Below are positions 48,754 through 59,846 of a stretch of DNA of 64,000 nucleotides, piece by piece. Within the stretch, counting starts at the first letter, position 1. Each line of letters begins with the position of its first letter. The DNA is from Macrostomum hystrix (Eukaryota; Animalia; Platyhelminthes), in contig CATNEN010000002.1 in the NCBI GenBank assembly GCA_950097015.1, forward strand, positions 3,348,001 to 3,412,000, given 5' to 3'. A program made the position numbers and the translations under genes. Under the pieces are notes generated by a model, which was given only the letters and a program-made list of their open reading frames with translations, searched no databases and was not told the DNA's origin.

Positions 48754-49268
48754 ATGGAAACTGTTTTCATTTCTACTAAACACTTAATTTTTAGAATTAT
48801 AACTTTGTAATGTATTTTTTACTTTTAAGGGCATACATACGAGATAAATCAATAAGTCGATGTTTCAATTCAATCTGACTTTCGCGAGCATGTGTATTGA
48901 TTTCGAATTCGCGCCAGCTTTGTTTTAAATAAAATACTTTAACAGGCAATTTCATGAAGCCAAAGGCATATAAAACGACTCTGAGATGCTAAAAGGATCG
49001 CGCAAAGGCGTGTAAACTTAAAATGCAACACCGCTTTTCATGCGCAATTACGCGCAAAAAATAATTTACATTTATCTAGTTCACCGCCGGTTCACCGCCT
49101 AAAATAAAACAAAAAATCGCTCTTATGCAGCCCCGACGGAACGCGCAGTGCTAGAAATTTAGGCGCATCTCTAAATTAACTTGCGCAATCGATTTTATAT
49201 AGTTTTGGTTGTTAAAAGTTTGTTTCAAAAAGCGGTGAAATCAAGTGGCGGTGAATTCAGTACTTAGT
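48754..49268 (-). repeat. Right TIR (~515 bp)
   Basis: Reverse complement of 34254-34768. Confidence 0.95.
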
Positions 49269-50303
49269 TCTGCGTCAAATATATACATTACATGCTGCCA
49301 CTACTTTTGGATGTTCTAATAGATCTCGAGTAGCTCCTTCGCATGTTATCCTATTTTATTCAAGGTGCCCCCGTGTCTTCCCGTAATAGCAATGCTCCTA
49401 ATATAACCAAATAACCTTTGTTAGTCATCGTCAGATAAACTAGGCCTACATCATTGTTTTATAGTCCATGGTTCAAATTCATATAATAGGCCTAGGCCTA
49501 GGCCTACATTAAAAATCCATAAAATTTTTCACAGTGGATTTTATCCATAAAATCCAAGTGGATTGGCAATTTGCAAGTAGTAGAGTTAAAATCTAAGCTG
49601 CCCAGTCAAGCTAAAATATATTGGATTGATTAGATCTAATATATATAAATCCATTTTTTTATGAAGATTTTTCAGAAATATATCACTAAAATTGTATTAG
49701 AAATTAATAGTTCTATTTTATGATCCTCTATGTATAACTATTTTTCAGCTCATAAAAAAGACAAAGTGACTTATAAAATTATTATTTATATATTGTAGCT
49801 ATAACTTTGTGGCTATAAATTCACCTCTTCTGTTTATTTATGAATCAATAATCATTCTACCCTCCTACATGTAGGCAATTGGTATTGAGTAATACTTGTA
49901 ATTAAATCAGTAAATTATATCAATAGTAACACTAGGGCCTAATAGTGTATGATTGATTTTACAGATTTTATTGATATAGGCCTATCTATAGTATTATTAG
50001 TAGACTAGCAGACTAATTATAAAAACTCATATTTTGTGGTCACTACAATTATATACAAAATGTATATGTTTGGATCTATATTTCTATCAGCACAAAAATG
50101 TACATTAGGGCCTACATGCAACAGTATAAGCACATTATATTTAGTCCATGCTGTTCCCATTAAAATTTCTACACTAGCCAATGTTAGTACCAAATTCACA
50201 TCTTTGAAAAAGATTATTTAAAAAAATAGTATCGAAGAAAAAAATATTTCACTTATAATATGCATCAATTCAATTGTTTGTTTGTGTTTTACCATTATTA
50301 CAG

Positions 50304-50618
50304 TCTTGGTTTGGTGGTTCACAACAGCAGCAGCAGCGGCCGCCAGGTTCGCCAGATGAGCGGCTGCTAGTGAGCCAGCAGATGCTAGAGGTGGAGATGA
50401 TGCAGGACCTCTACAATCGAGTCATGGAGTCGTGCAACTCAAAATGTGTCCAGCCTGGCTACAATGACACAGAGCTGACTAAAGCAGAGGCAGTTTGCAT
50501 TGACAGATGCGTGGCCAAATACATGGAGCTGCATGAGGTGGTTGGCAACAAGCTGCAGCAGATCTCTCAGCAGCAGACTGAAACTGCAGCTAAGGCTGGA
50601 CCTGTGAGACCGAACTGA
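50304..50618 (+). CDS. TIMM10: Mitochondrial intermembrane-space small Tim chaperone Tim10 (initiator codon not in this exon)
   Basis: LEVEMMQDLYNRVMESCNSKCVQPGYNDTELTKAEAVCIDRCVAKY, with the twin CX3C motif. Acceptor ttaccattattacAG|TCT TGG precedes the coding sequence. Confidence 0.92.
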   Translation, partial: SWFGGSQQQQQRPPGSPDERLLVSQQMLEVEMMQDLYNRVMESCNSKCVQPGYNDTELTKAEAVCIDRCVAKYMELHEVVGNKLQQISQQQTETAAKAGPVRPN

Positions 50619-51089
50619 AGCAGCATCCGACACTTCCTGATTGCAAATTTAATTTCTAGCAAAATTAGCAGCATTTTTCCAAGCAACTTAAAACCCAATT
50701 TAGTTGCACAGCCACCATCTAGTTATTTTAGGCACACATTTCATCGCCTTGAAACGCGATTCGATCTGACTATTTTTTGTGTTAAATTTCAACACTTGAA
50801 TATCTTTTGTATAAGGAGTTGATTATTGTCCTAACTTCTGTTGGAAAATTATAAACAATATATATTTAATGATAATTTACTACCTTTGGTTGGTCTTGTG
50901 TTACTTCAAATTACCTTATTTATCCGTCTGAATTGCGCATTGATAGCGCCTACAACGGTGTATCGCCATGCAGGCTCCAAATTTTGCATTACTCTTTAAA
51001 CTGATAATTTAAATTTAGTTTCAGTTAACTTTGTTTTTTACCCCTTAATTTCTTAAAAACACGACTAATTTATGTGTGTACTCGTGGCT

Positions 51090-53657
51090 CATCAGTCTTG
51101 AGTATGGCAGTTTCTAGTGGTGAAAGAGGCACTTCAGTCTTTAGTATGGCAGTTTCTAGTGGTGAAAGTGGCACTTCAGTCTTGAGTATGGCAGTTTCTA
51201 GTGGTGAAAGTGGCACTTCAGTCTTGAGTATGGCAGTTTCTAGTGGTGAAAGTGGCACTTCAGTCTTGAGTATGGCAGTTTCTAGTGGTGAAAGTGGCAC
51301 TTCAGTCTTGAGTATGGCAGTTTCTAGTGGTGAAAGTGGCACTTCAGTCTTGAGTATGGCAGTTTCTAGCAGTGAAAGTGGCACTTCAGTCTTGAGTATG
51401 GCAGTTTCTAGTGGTGAAAGTGGCACTTCAGTCTTTAGTATGGCAGTTTCTAGTGGTGAAAGTGGCACATCAGTCTTGAGTATGGCAGTTTCTAGTGGTG
51501 AAAGTGGCACATCAGTCTTGAGTATGGCAGTTTCTAGTGGTGAAAGTGGCACATCAGTCTTGAGTATGGCAGTTTCTAGTGGTGAAAGTGGCATATCAGT
51601 CTTGAGTATGGCAGTTTCTAGTGGTGAAAGTGGCACATCAGTCTTTAGTATGGCAGTTTCTAGTGGTGAAAGTGGCACATCAGTCTTGAGTATGGCAGTT
51701 TCTAGTGGTGAAAGTGGCATATCAGTCTTGAGTATGGCAGTTTCTAGTGGTGAAAGAGGCACTTCAGTCTTGAGTATGGCAGTTTCTAGTGGTGAAAGTG
51801 GCACTTCAGTCTTGAGTATGGCAGTTTCTAGTGGTGAAAGTGGCACTTCAGTCTTAAGTATGGCAGTTTCTAGTGGTGAAAGTGGCACATCAGTCTTGAG
51901 TATGGCAGTTTCTAGTGGTGAAAGTGGCACTTCAGTCTTGAGTATGCCAGTTTCTAGTGGTGAAAGTGGCACTTCAGTCTTAAGTATGGCAGTTTCTAGT
52001 GGTGAAAGTGGCACTTCAGTCTTGAGTATGGCAGTTTCTAGTGGTGAAAGTGGCACTTCAGTCTTGAGTATGGCAGTTTCTAGTGGTGAAAGTGGCACTT
52101 CAGTCTTGAGTATGGCAGTTTCTAGTGGTGAAAGTGGCACTTCAGTCTTGAGTATGGCAGTTTCTAGTGGTGAAAGTGGCACTTCAGTCTTAAGTATGGC
52201 AGTTTCTAGTGGTGAAAGTGGCACATCAGTCTTGAGTATGGCAGTTTCTAGTGGTGAAAGTGGCACTTCAGTCTTGAGTATGGCAGTTTCTAGTGGTGAA
52301 AGTGGCACTTCAGTCTTAAGTATGGCAGTTTCTAGTGGTGAAAGTGGCACTTCAGTCTTGAGTATGGCAGTTTCTAGTGGTGAAAGTGGCACTTCAGTCT
52401 TGAGTATGGCAGTTTCTAGTGGTGAAAGTGGCACTTCAGTCTTTAGTATGGCAGTTTCTAGTGGTGAAAGTGGCACATCAGTCTTGAGTATGGCAGTTTC
52501 TAGTGGTGAAAGAGGCACTTCAGTCTTGAGTATGGCAGTTTCTAGTGGTGAAAGAGGCACTTCAGTCTTGAGTATGGCAGTTTCTAGTGGTGAAAGAGGC
52601 ACTTCAGTCTTGAGTATGGCAGTTTCTAGTGGTGAAAGTGGCACTTCAGTCTTGAGTATGGCAGTTTCTAGTGGTGAAAGTGGCACTTCAGTCTTTAGTA
52701 TGGCAGTTTCTAGTGGTGAAAGTGGCACATCAGTCTTGAGTATGGCAGTTTCTAGTGGTGAAAGAGGCACTTCAGTCTTGAGTATGGCAGTTTCTAGTGG
52801 TGAAAGAGGCACTTCAGTCTTGAGTATGGCAGTTTCTAGTGGTGAAAGTGGCACATCAGTCTTGAGTATGGCAGTTTCTAGTGGTGAAAGAGGCACATCA
52901 GTCTTGAGTATGGCAGTTTCTAGTGGTGAAAGAGGCACTTCAGTCTTGAGTATGGCAGTTTCTAGTGGTGAAAGTGGCACTTCAGTCTTGAGTATGGCAG
53001 TTTCTAGTGGTGAAAGAGGCACTTCAGTCTTGAGTTTGGCAGTTTCTAGTGGTGAAAGTGGCACTTCAGTCTTGAGTATGGCAGTTTCTAGTGGTGAAAG
53101 AGGCACTTCAGTCTTGAGTATGGCTGTTTCTAGTGGTGAAAGTGGCACTTCAGTCTTGAGTATGGCAGTTTCTAGTGGTGAAAGTGGCACATCAGTCTTG
53201 AGTTTGGCAGTTTCTAGTGGTGAAAGTGGCACATCAGTCTTGAGTTTGGCAGTTTCTAGTGGTGAAAGTGGCACATCAGTCTTGAGTTTGGCAGTTTCTA
53301 GTGGTGAAAGTGGCACTTCAGTCTTGAGTATGGCAGTTTCTAGTGGTGAAAGAGGCACTTCAGTCTTGAGTATGGCAGTTTCTAGCCGTGAAAGTGGCAC
53401 ATCAGTCTTGAGTATGGCAGTTTCTAGTGGTGAAAGTGGCACATCAGTCTTGAGTATGGCAGTTTCTAGTGGTGAAAGTGGCACTTCAGTCTTGAGTATG
53501 GCAGTTTCTAGTGGTGAAAGTGGCACTTCAGTCTTGAGTATGGCAGTTTCTAGCCGTGAAAGTGGCACATCAGTCTTGAGTATGGCAGTTTCTAGTGGTG
53601 AAAGTGGCACATCAGTCTTGAGTATGGCAGTTTCTAGCGGTAAAAGTGGCACTTCAG
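51090..53657. repeat. 42-bp tandem satellite, ~61 copies
   Basis: Unit AGTATGGCAGTTTCTAGTGGTGAAAGTGGCACTTCAGTCTTG with a few recurrent variants. Confidence 0.98.
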
Positions 53658-54322
53658 CATAACTCGAAAAGTAGATTGTGTGAATAACTGAACCACAACA
53701 ATGGCTGCAGGCCGATAATGTGATGTTTAGCTATGCTAAAAAGTATATTTGTACAGAACTATACACCACTTAGCTAGTGAAGGAAACAAGTTTAGAATAT
53801 TTCAATGCAACAGTTGACAAGAGGTAGAACATGATCAGGTGTGAATGAGCTGGGTAACTGTGAAGCACGTTCAAAAATATTGATTTAGTTTCCAGCTAAA
53901 ATACTGTGATATTACTGACAGTAGTATGGATACGTTAATAACTAAACCGCTTTGTCCGTTACGGCGTAGCTTTTTTAACTAAAGAAAATCGACATGTTCC
54001 AATGGGGTGTGTGAAATATTCTTAACAATGCTGTTTGATAACAGATAATAGATGCGTTACACCATTGAAGCTTGCAAATTGAAACAAAAATGAAACAAAA
54101 ACAAACAATTACAATTTGAATTTTTGTCAAAACATGGACAGTCAATTTTCATGGCCTAATTTAGATTACTTAATTTAACCTGAAGCCGATCTAAAAACTT
54201 TTAAGATGAACCCGGATGTGAGGGCTGGCATGACCGTTGCAATATTTGAAATCATACAACTATAAAGTACGCAATGGACTCGAGAACTTCAAAAGTGGAG
54301 TTCAGGCAAGCCTGACTGCCAA

Positions 54323-56669
54323 CTATCCGCACCGGCACTCGCAGCTCTGCAGCACCTGTAGGCTCTGCCTGACCCAGCGGCACTGCGACCGGAGCCAGTG
54401 CTTGGCGCACAGGTAGCGCAGCACGTACAGCCTCTTCCAGGTAGCGGGTTGGCAGCGCATACCGGCTGGAATCGAGCAGCTCCCACCCGGTGGCTGGCGG
54501 CACTCGCCGAGGCGAAGCCAGCGCGGCCAGAAGGCCTTGCCGAGGTCTCGCCAGCCGGGAGACACGCGGCACGCCGTGGCTGCCAGCAGATAGCGTCGAA
54601 GTCGCCGCCGCTGCGGCCGACGCAGGAACGACAGCTGATCGACGCGATCGTCGTCCAGCTGCTGGCGTCGACGGCGGCGATGATGGCGTCGGCTGTTAGT
54701 GCCGCTGCCACTACTGCGATGACGTCTTCGGCGAAGGTGGTCGCGAGTCGATCCGCCGGCCTGCTTGGAATCAGCCGGCGTCACCATGAGCAGCTGCTCC
54801 AGGCTCGGCTTGCGGCGATGTTCCCGACTGTCGCCGACTTCGTCTAGGTCGTCGTCTTCGTTGTCGAAATCATCGTCGCCGGTGTGCTGTAGCCCAGCCG
54901 GCGGCGGCCTCTCAAATCGCATGTAGCGAGGAAGATAATTTGACAAGCCTGAAAGAGGGCGCAAGAATATACATTATTCTAATTCTCCCTGACCAAAGCA
55001 ACACTCGAAAACTTGATGAGGAATCCTCAGCGTCAGATCACTAATGAGTCAACCAAATTTAGAAATGTCGCCTTAAACGTCGTTAGTAAACGAGCTTCAC
55101 GTCTGATAATTAATTGATCTATACTTTCGGAGACATTGTTCTGACGCACAGAACTTTGCAACAGAACCCATTAGTCAGTGCTACGAATTGCTTCGGCTAA
55201 TGCAGGCTGCCTTTTCGAGTGCGAGAATTTGCCTGCAAAATTAGCCTTAATTGCGAAATGCTTTTTAGTCTGGCTCGTGGGGTCGGGGTGGCTTTATTGG
55301 CCGACACTCGCACAGTTTTTCTGACACCTCCGAGAAAGTCTTCTTTCTGCAACAGCAATTAGTGGACTGTGCCGCCGCCGCCGCCGCCAACGCACACAGC
55401 CAGACGGCTGCGCTCGGCGCCCTGAAGTCGCTGGCGCGCTGTCTGCTTTCTTAGAAAACACGAGCGCCAACGCGAGCCAACTCACTTTTTGGCCGGTGGA
55501 CCACCCGCTGTTAAGCCTTTTAAAGTCTCCAATAGAAAGGGCTGGGGACTGTTAAAGACATTTTGGCATTGCGTTGCTTGTTGCATTTAGCATCAGCAAT
55601 CGACTTTGTAATTAAAATTTTCGCATTGGCGACTCGCATTGTGACGGTGGCGTCTGTTGCTACATTGATGCGGTCATAAACGGTTCTGCAAGCTTCACCT
55701 ACCTACCTACATGTTAAATGGGCTCAAAAATAATTATTAAAAAATGATGATTGGTTACACCTGCCCCGATTGGGCCAATTTGCAGCCGACAGCACAGCCG
55801 CAGCAATTATTAAGGAAATCGTGGATTACTTTTGAATTTGTTTCGAGTGTGTTTCATGCCTGTTATCGGTGAGTTGGTTCACAGGTCAAGCCTTGTAGAA
55901 TGCTTTGAACAATTTGATTAGCTGAAACTTAGAATGTGATTTGCACTGAAGTCGCATTCACAAAGTACTTTGAACTCTTGGGTACGAGGAAAAAATATTT
56001 CATTCTGTCTTTCTTGTAGCTACAATTAGCATGTGCGCTGCGAAATTCTTACGCATAGAAAATAACATTCTCAGTGCGAGCGATTGAACATTACGAGTAT
56101 CTAGATTTTATTCCCAATTACAGGATGATACTCCGAATTACCAGATGCATTCTTCAGGTTAAACCTAAATCTCGTATTTGCACCCTAATCCATCGGATTT
56201 GCACCCTAATCCCTCGGATTTGCACCCTAATCCGTCGGATTTGCACCCTAATCCCTCGGATTTGCACCCTAATCCTTCACATTGCACCCTAATCCCTTTG
56301 ACACCTGCAACTCCCGAGCCATTAAGCGGTCGCGGTAGACTCACCCAGTATCTCAATCATCTGGCCCGGACGCAGTAGAACATCTTCAAGCCGGTAATCC
56401 TGCTCTTCGAATGAAAAATCGGACTCGGCACCGCCACCTGACCCACCAGGCTTGGCGTGCAGCTGCGGCATTCGCTGCTTGCTGTCGCCAAGCCTGTCGT
56501 CGTACTTGGCCTGGTTGAACAGAAGGCGCTGCCAGGAGTGACTGGCGTTCGCCGATGTCACGGCGACTGCCACCGTAGAATCGCCGGCTAAATTCGGGCT
56601 GATGTTAATTAGCGTGGCGATTAGAACTAAGGTGACGCCGAATGAGTCTGAGTTCGCTGCCGCAGTCAT
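54323..56669 (-). CDS. nog: Noggin (canonical type), two exons 56669-56345 and 54948-54323, ~316 aa
   Basis: Leader MTAAANSDSFGVTLVLIATLINISPNLAG; phase-1 intron joining ILG|LSNYLPRYMRFERP; basic helix RRPQRRRLRRYL; nine-Cys domain CRVSPGWRDLGKAFWPRWLRLGEC..SCSIPAGMRCQP..LRYLC..QCRWV..LQSCECRCG. Confidence 0.92.
56175..56295. repeat. 21-bp tandem (ATTTGCACCCTAATCCCTCGG) ~5 copies in the noggin intron
   Basis: Directly visible; lies just inside the donor site. Confidence 0.9.
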
Positions 56670-57705
56670 GGCTCTGCTGTTGTGTGCGGTCCAAGTGAGG
56701 GCCCAAAACTCAATCAAAGCCTGGCTTAAAAATAAACCTGGACCTCTTATAAGCACCTGGACTTGAAGATTTATCAGTCTATCCCGCCGTCTCGCCAGCG
56801 AAGTGACCTTCAGGGTCTGCGCTGAGTTTCTCCCAGCGATTCTGCGAGCGGCGCGTGCCCGGCGGGGGGAAGACTGCAGCTTTTCCTCTGGAGGGCCGAG
56901 ATTTTGGTTGGCTGGCGCGGCTGCACGGGTGAGGGAGTTGGGCAGGCCTGCGGACCCTCCACTGACTCGTTTATTGATGACGACCGCTCTGCGCGAGCCA
57001 GCTTGGCGTAGACTTGGTGTCGCCGTGTTGTGCCGTCTGACTGGGGGGGGGGTGACTGAGTCGGCCCTGGTGCTTGGCGTGGCCGAGCCTTTCTCGGTGC
57101 AAGTCTCGCTTTAACAATTAGCGCTTTATTTTAACAGTCTCTACTCCAGGTGCTGTTCTAAGATAGAAATTGCGATCAGTGTGCAAATTAAACTGCCTAC
57201 TTTGCAAATAAGAAACCGAAAACAACAGACGCTGTTACCTTTAACACATTTCACTTGCGTTCCCTTCGACGCCGGAGAGTCGGCAAGAGATCAGGGGGAG
57301 AAATCAAGGCAAGGGGAGCTGCTGGGAGGAATAGGCGGGGGTGTTTTGGCCGGCGACAGACCGGTGGGCGCCACGGAGGCGCGACGTGGCAGAAAATAAA
57401 ACTCCCACAATATATTTCCTTCGCCTTCATGCCCTAGGCTCCGGTGTTGGGCATTGGATGATGAAAAGCTTCGCTGACCCTTCCTTCGCGCCTCTGCGCA
57501 TGCTGGCATGTCATTTGGGAGGCCGGAGGCTGCGGCGGCTCGTGTCGACGTCAAAGACGAAACACGCGGGAGCCGGGAATGATGGGAGAGAGACTGGGTC
57601 GTCATGGCAACGCGAGTTGGGTCACGGTGCAATTAAGCTTTACAATTTAAATTAGTTACTAGCCTTATCTTACTTATATCACATTTACAGTATTGTTGTA
57701 GCCTA

Positions 57706-57996
57706 GCAGAGGTTGTAGCCTAGTGGTTAGGGCGTCGGACTCACAACTTAAAGGTCACGACTTGAGGGACTCACGACTTACCTCTGCATTGCTTCAGTTC
57801 ACCCAGCTGTTAAATGGGTACCAGCATTAGCTGGGATAATTGAAGGTGGGTGTGGCATCCCCCCAGTCCATGGACTGAACAGCTCTACGCAGCCTTCAGA
57901 TGCGCCGCGCAATAGCTGCGGCTGTGCTGTCGGCTGCACATCTGGCCCGATTGGGGCAGGTGTAATCAATTATTATTATTATTATTATTATTATTA
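57706..57996 (+). mobile_element. CORE-type SINE (family 1) with 3' body and (ATT)n tail
   Basis: gttgtagcctagtggttagggcgtcggactcacaacttaaaggtc...ctctgcattgcttcagttcacccagctgttaaatgggtaccagcattagctggg...attattattatt. Confidence 0.8.
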
Positions 57997-58449
57997 CAGT
58001 ATTGTGGAAGTTTGAGCCTTCGACTGCTGATCGCAGGGTCCGGAGTTCGAACCTTAGGTCCGAGGAAAACCAAATGATGTACGAGTACTTGAGCTCGACT
58101 GCTCAGTTCAACCAGCGGTAAAATCTCCCTGTAATAGTAAAATAATATTGATCAAATAATTATTATCAACTTTTATGTACTGATATACTAACAGTAGACA
58201 TGTAGAAACACTTGTAATATTAAAAGCTTGACTCGTAATTCTCAAACAATTTATTTAGCTTTGTCCTTGGGTAATCGGTCTCGTGGACTTTTATTGCACA
58301 ATCAGCTCCAGGCTTCTGAAACGGAAACTCGCTGCATTGAGACATGACTTAGACATTTAATTGCTAGATCGAGAATATCCACTTGAGACCAGCATGAGTT
58401 TATCAAATGGCACTTAATTCAGATAACAAACAGACTACTCAAGTATTAA

Positions 58450-58770
58450 AATAATATATAAATAATAATAAATAAATAAATAAGCAAACAAATATTAATA
58501 GTTGCATGAGTGCTGGCACATTTGATGACACTAGACCCGCAGCCAGCGAGGAGGCAATTCTGCCTATTTCGCTGACTCCTGAGCACACAACTCACAGGTG
58601 TGTACATCTGCTCTGACTGTATTATCGTCAGGCAGTGTACAATTTCACTCTGCCTTGGAGGTTGGCCCTCAAGGGCATAAATTTTAGGTCGAGCCCCCAA
58701 AGCCTTCTCTAGCCCTGTAGGACCTTGATGCGAGAGACAAACGCGTTAGACTGCCACTCTACCAGACTAG
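58450..58770 (-). mobile_element. SINE family 2 copy
   Basis: Reverse complement contains atgcccttgagggccaacctccaaggcagagtgaaattgtacactgcctgacgat...caggagtcagcgaaataggcagaattgcctcc and an AT-rich tail. Confidence 0.8.
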
Positions 58771-59069
58771 TAGATTTACTTTTTTAATTATGAATATAGA
58801 GGCCGCTTCCTGTCAAATGGGTCGGAGACCGGTTGCTGTGGGGCAGGGGGTTTGTCACGCCTCAGTCCCTGTCTGAGGGGTTGGAGCTTCCCTCTTTCTG
58901 AGTTGTGCTTGAGGGACAAAGCTGAGTCAACAATGTTCAAGACTGCTTTCAAGCAACCTGCACAATTTTTACTTTTATGAGCAACCTTCGCGTAGCTACT
59001 ATTGATTCAAGGATAATAAAAATAGTGTTCGTAACTCATTGTGAGATTCATCTTCTCTCTCTTCTTCCC

Positions 59070-59310
59070 ACCCTCTCCATCTCACCCTCTCCATCCCACC
59101 CTCTCTTTCCCACCCTCACTTACCCAACCTATCCTTCCCATCCTCTCCTTCCCATCCTTTCCTTCCCATCCTCTCCTTCCCATCCTCTCCTTCCCATCCT
59201 CTCCTTCCCACACTCACCTGTCCTGTCCTCTCCTTCCCACCCTCTCCTTCCCACCCTCTCCTTCCCATCTTCTCTTTCCCACCCTCTCCTTCCCATCCTA
59301 TCCTTGCCAT
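59070..59310. repeat. Polypyrimidine ~14-bp repeat (CCCATCCTCTCCTT)n
   Basis: Directly visible. Confidence 0.9.
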
Positions 59311-59846
59311 CCTCTTCATCTCTCACTCACCCAAATGAGGTCAGTTGCAAGCTTAAATAGGGTCGGTACCAAGTATGAATGTTTATTTTAAGCAATCAGT
59401 CCTCAGACTGCACAGTACATTTGCGAAGGCAAATGGATGAAAAAGTTTGTTTTGGACCAGAATTGGCTGTCATTTATCAGGCTCAGGTTTGGGGAACAGA
59501 TATTGGGATAATTGCAAAGTCAATCCGTAAAGCCATTCTGACAGGTCAGGCAAAGTTTTCCTGATTAATCCTCTATGACAGAGGTAGTTAATTGACGTAG
59601 GTGAAAAATTCGTGATGCCTTATAAAAGGCTTACACTGCGAATTACTAAAAAGCTATTCACGTGACCTTGCTACAGAAGAAGTATGATTGGTTGGAAAAC
59701 GATCAGCCAATGAGCGAATGAGTAGGGAGTATTAACTGCTCTTAGATTAAAGTCTCAGTCAAGTCTGGCATAAATGCAGAAAATGCCGTTTTTTCGCACT
59801 AAATATTCATCGAACTGACAAAGAAAGAACTGCAGATGCTGAAAGA

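Larger units (their letters stand above)
34254..49268 (+). mobile_element. 15,015-bp Mutator-like (MULE) DNA transposon with 9-bp TSD, long TIRs and foldback-like arms
   Basis: TSD TCTGCGTCA at 34245-34253 and 49269-49277. Termini ACTAAGTACTGAATTCACCGCC... are inverted. The internal ORF has a DDE triad. Confidence 0.9.

Noticed and set aside
51070-53662. Two ~860-aa ORFs on opposite strands
   Set aside because: Artefact of a 42-bp (14-codon) repeat unit lacking stops in those frames; no unique domain, splice or leader evidence.
54252-54847. Plus-strand and alternative-frame ORFs over noggin exon 2, and minus-strand ORFs over the FN2 gene
   Set aside because: GC-rich shadow ORFs without motifs.
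56175-56295. CCCTAA telomere-like motif
   Set aside because: It occurs once per 21-bp unit, not as (TTAGGG)n.
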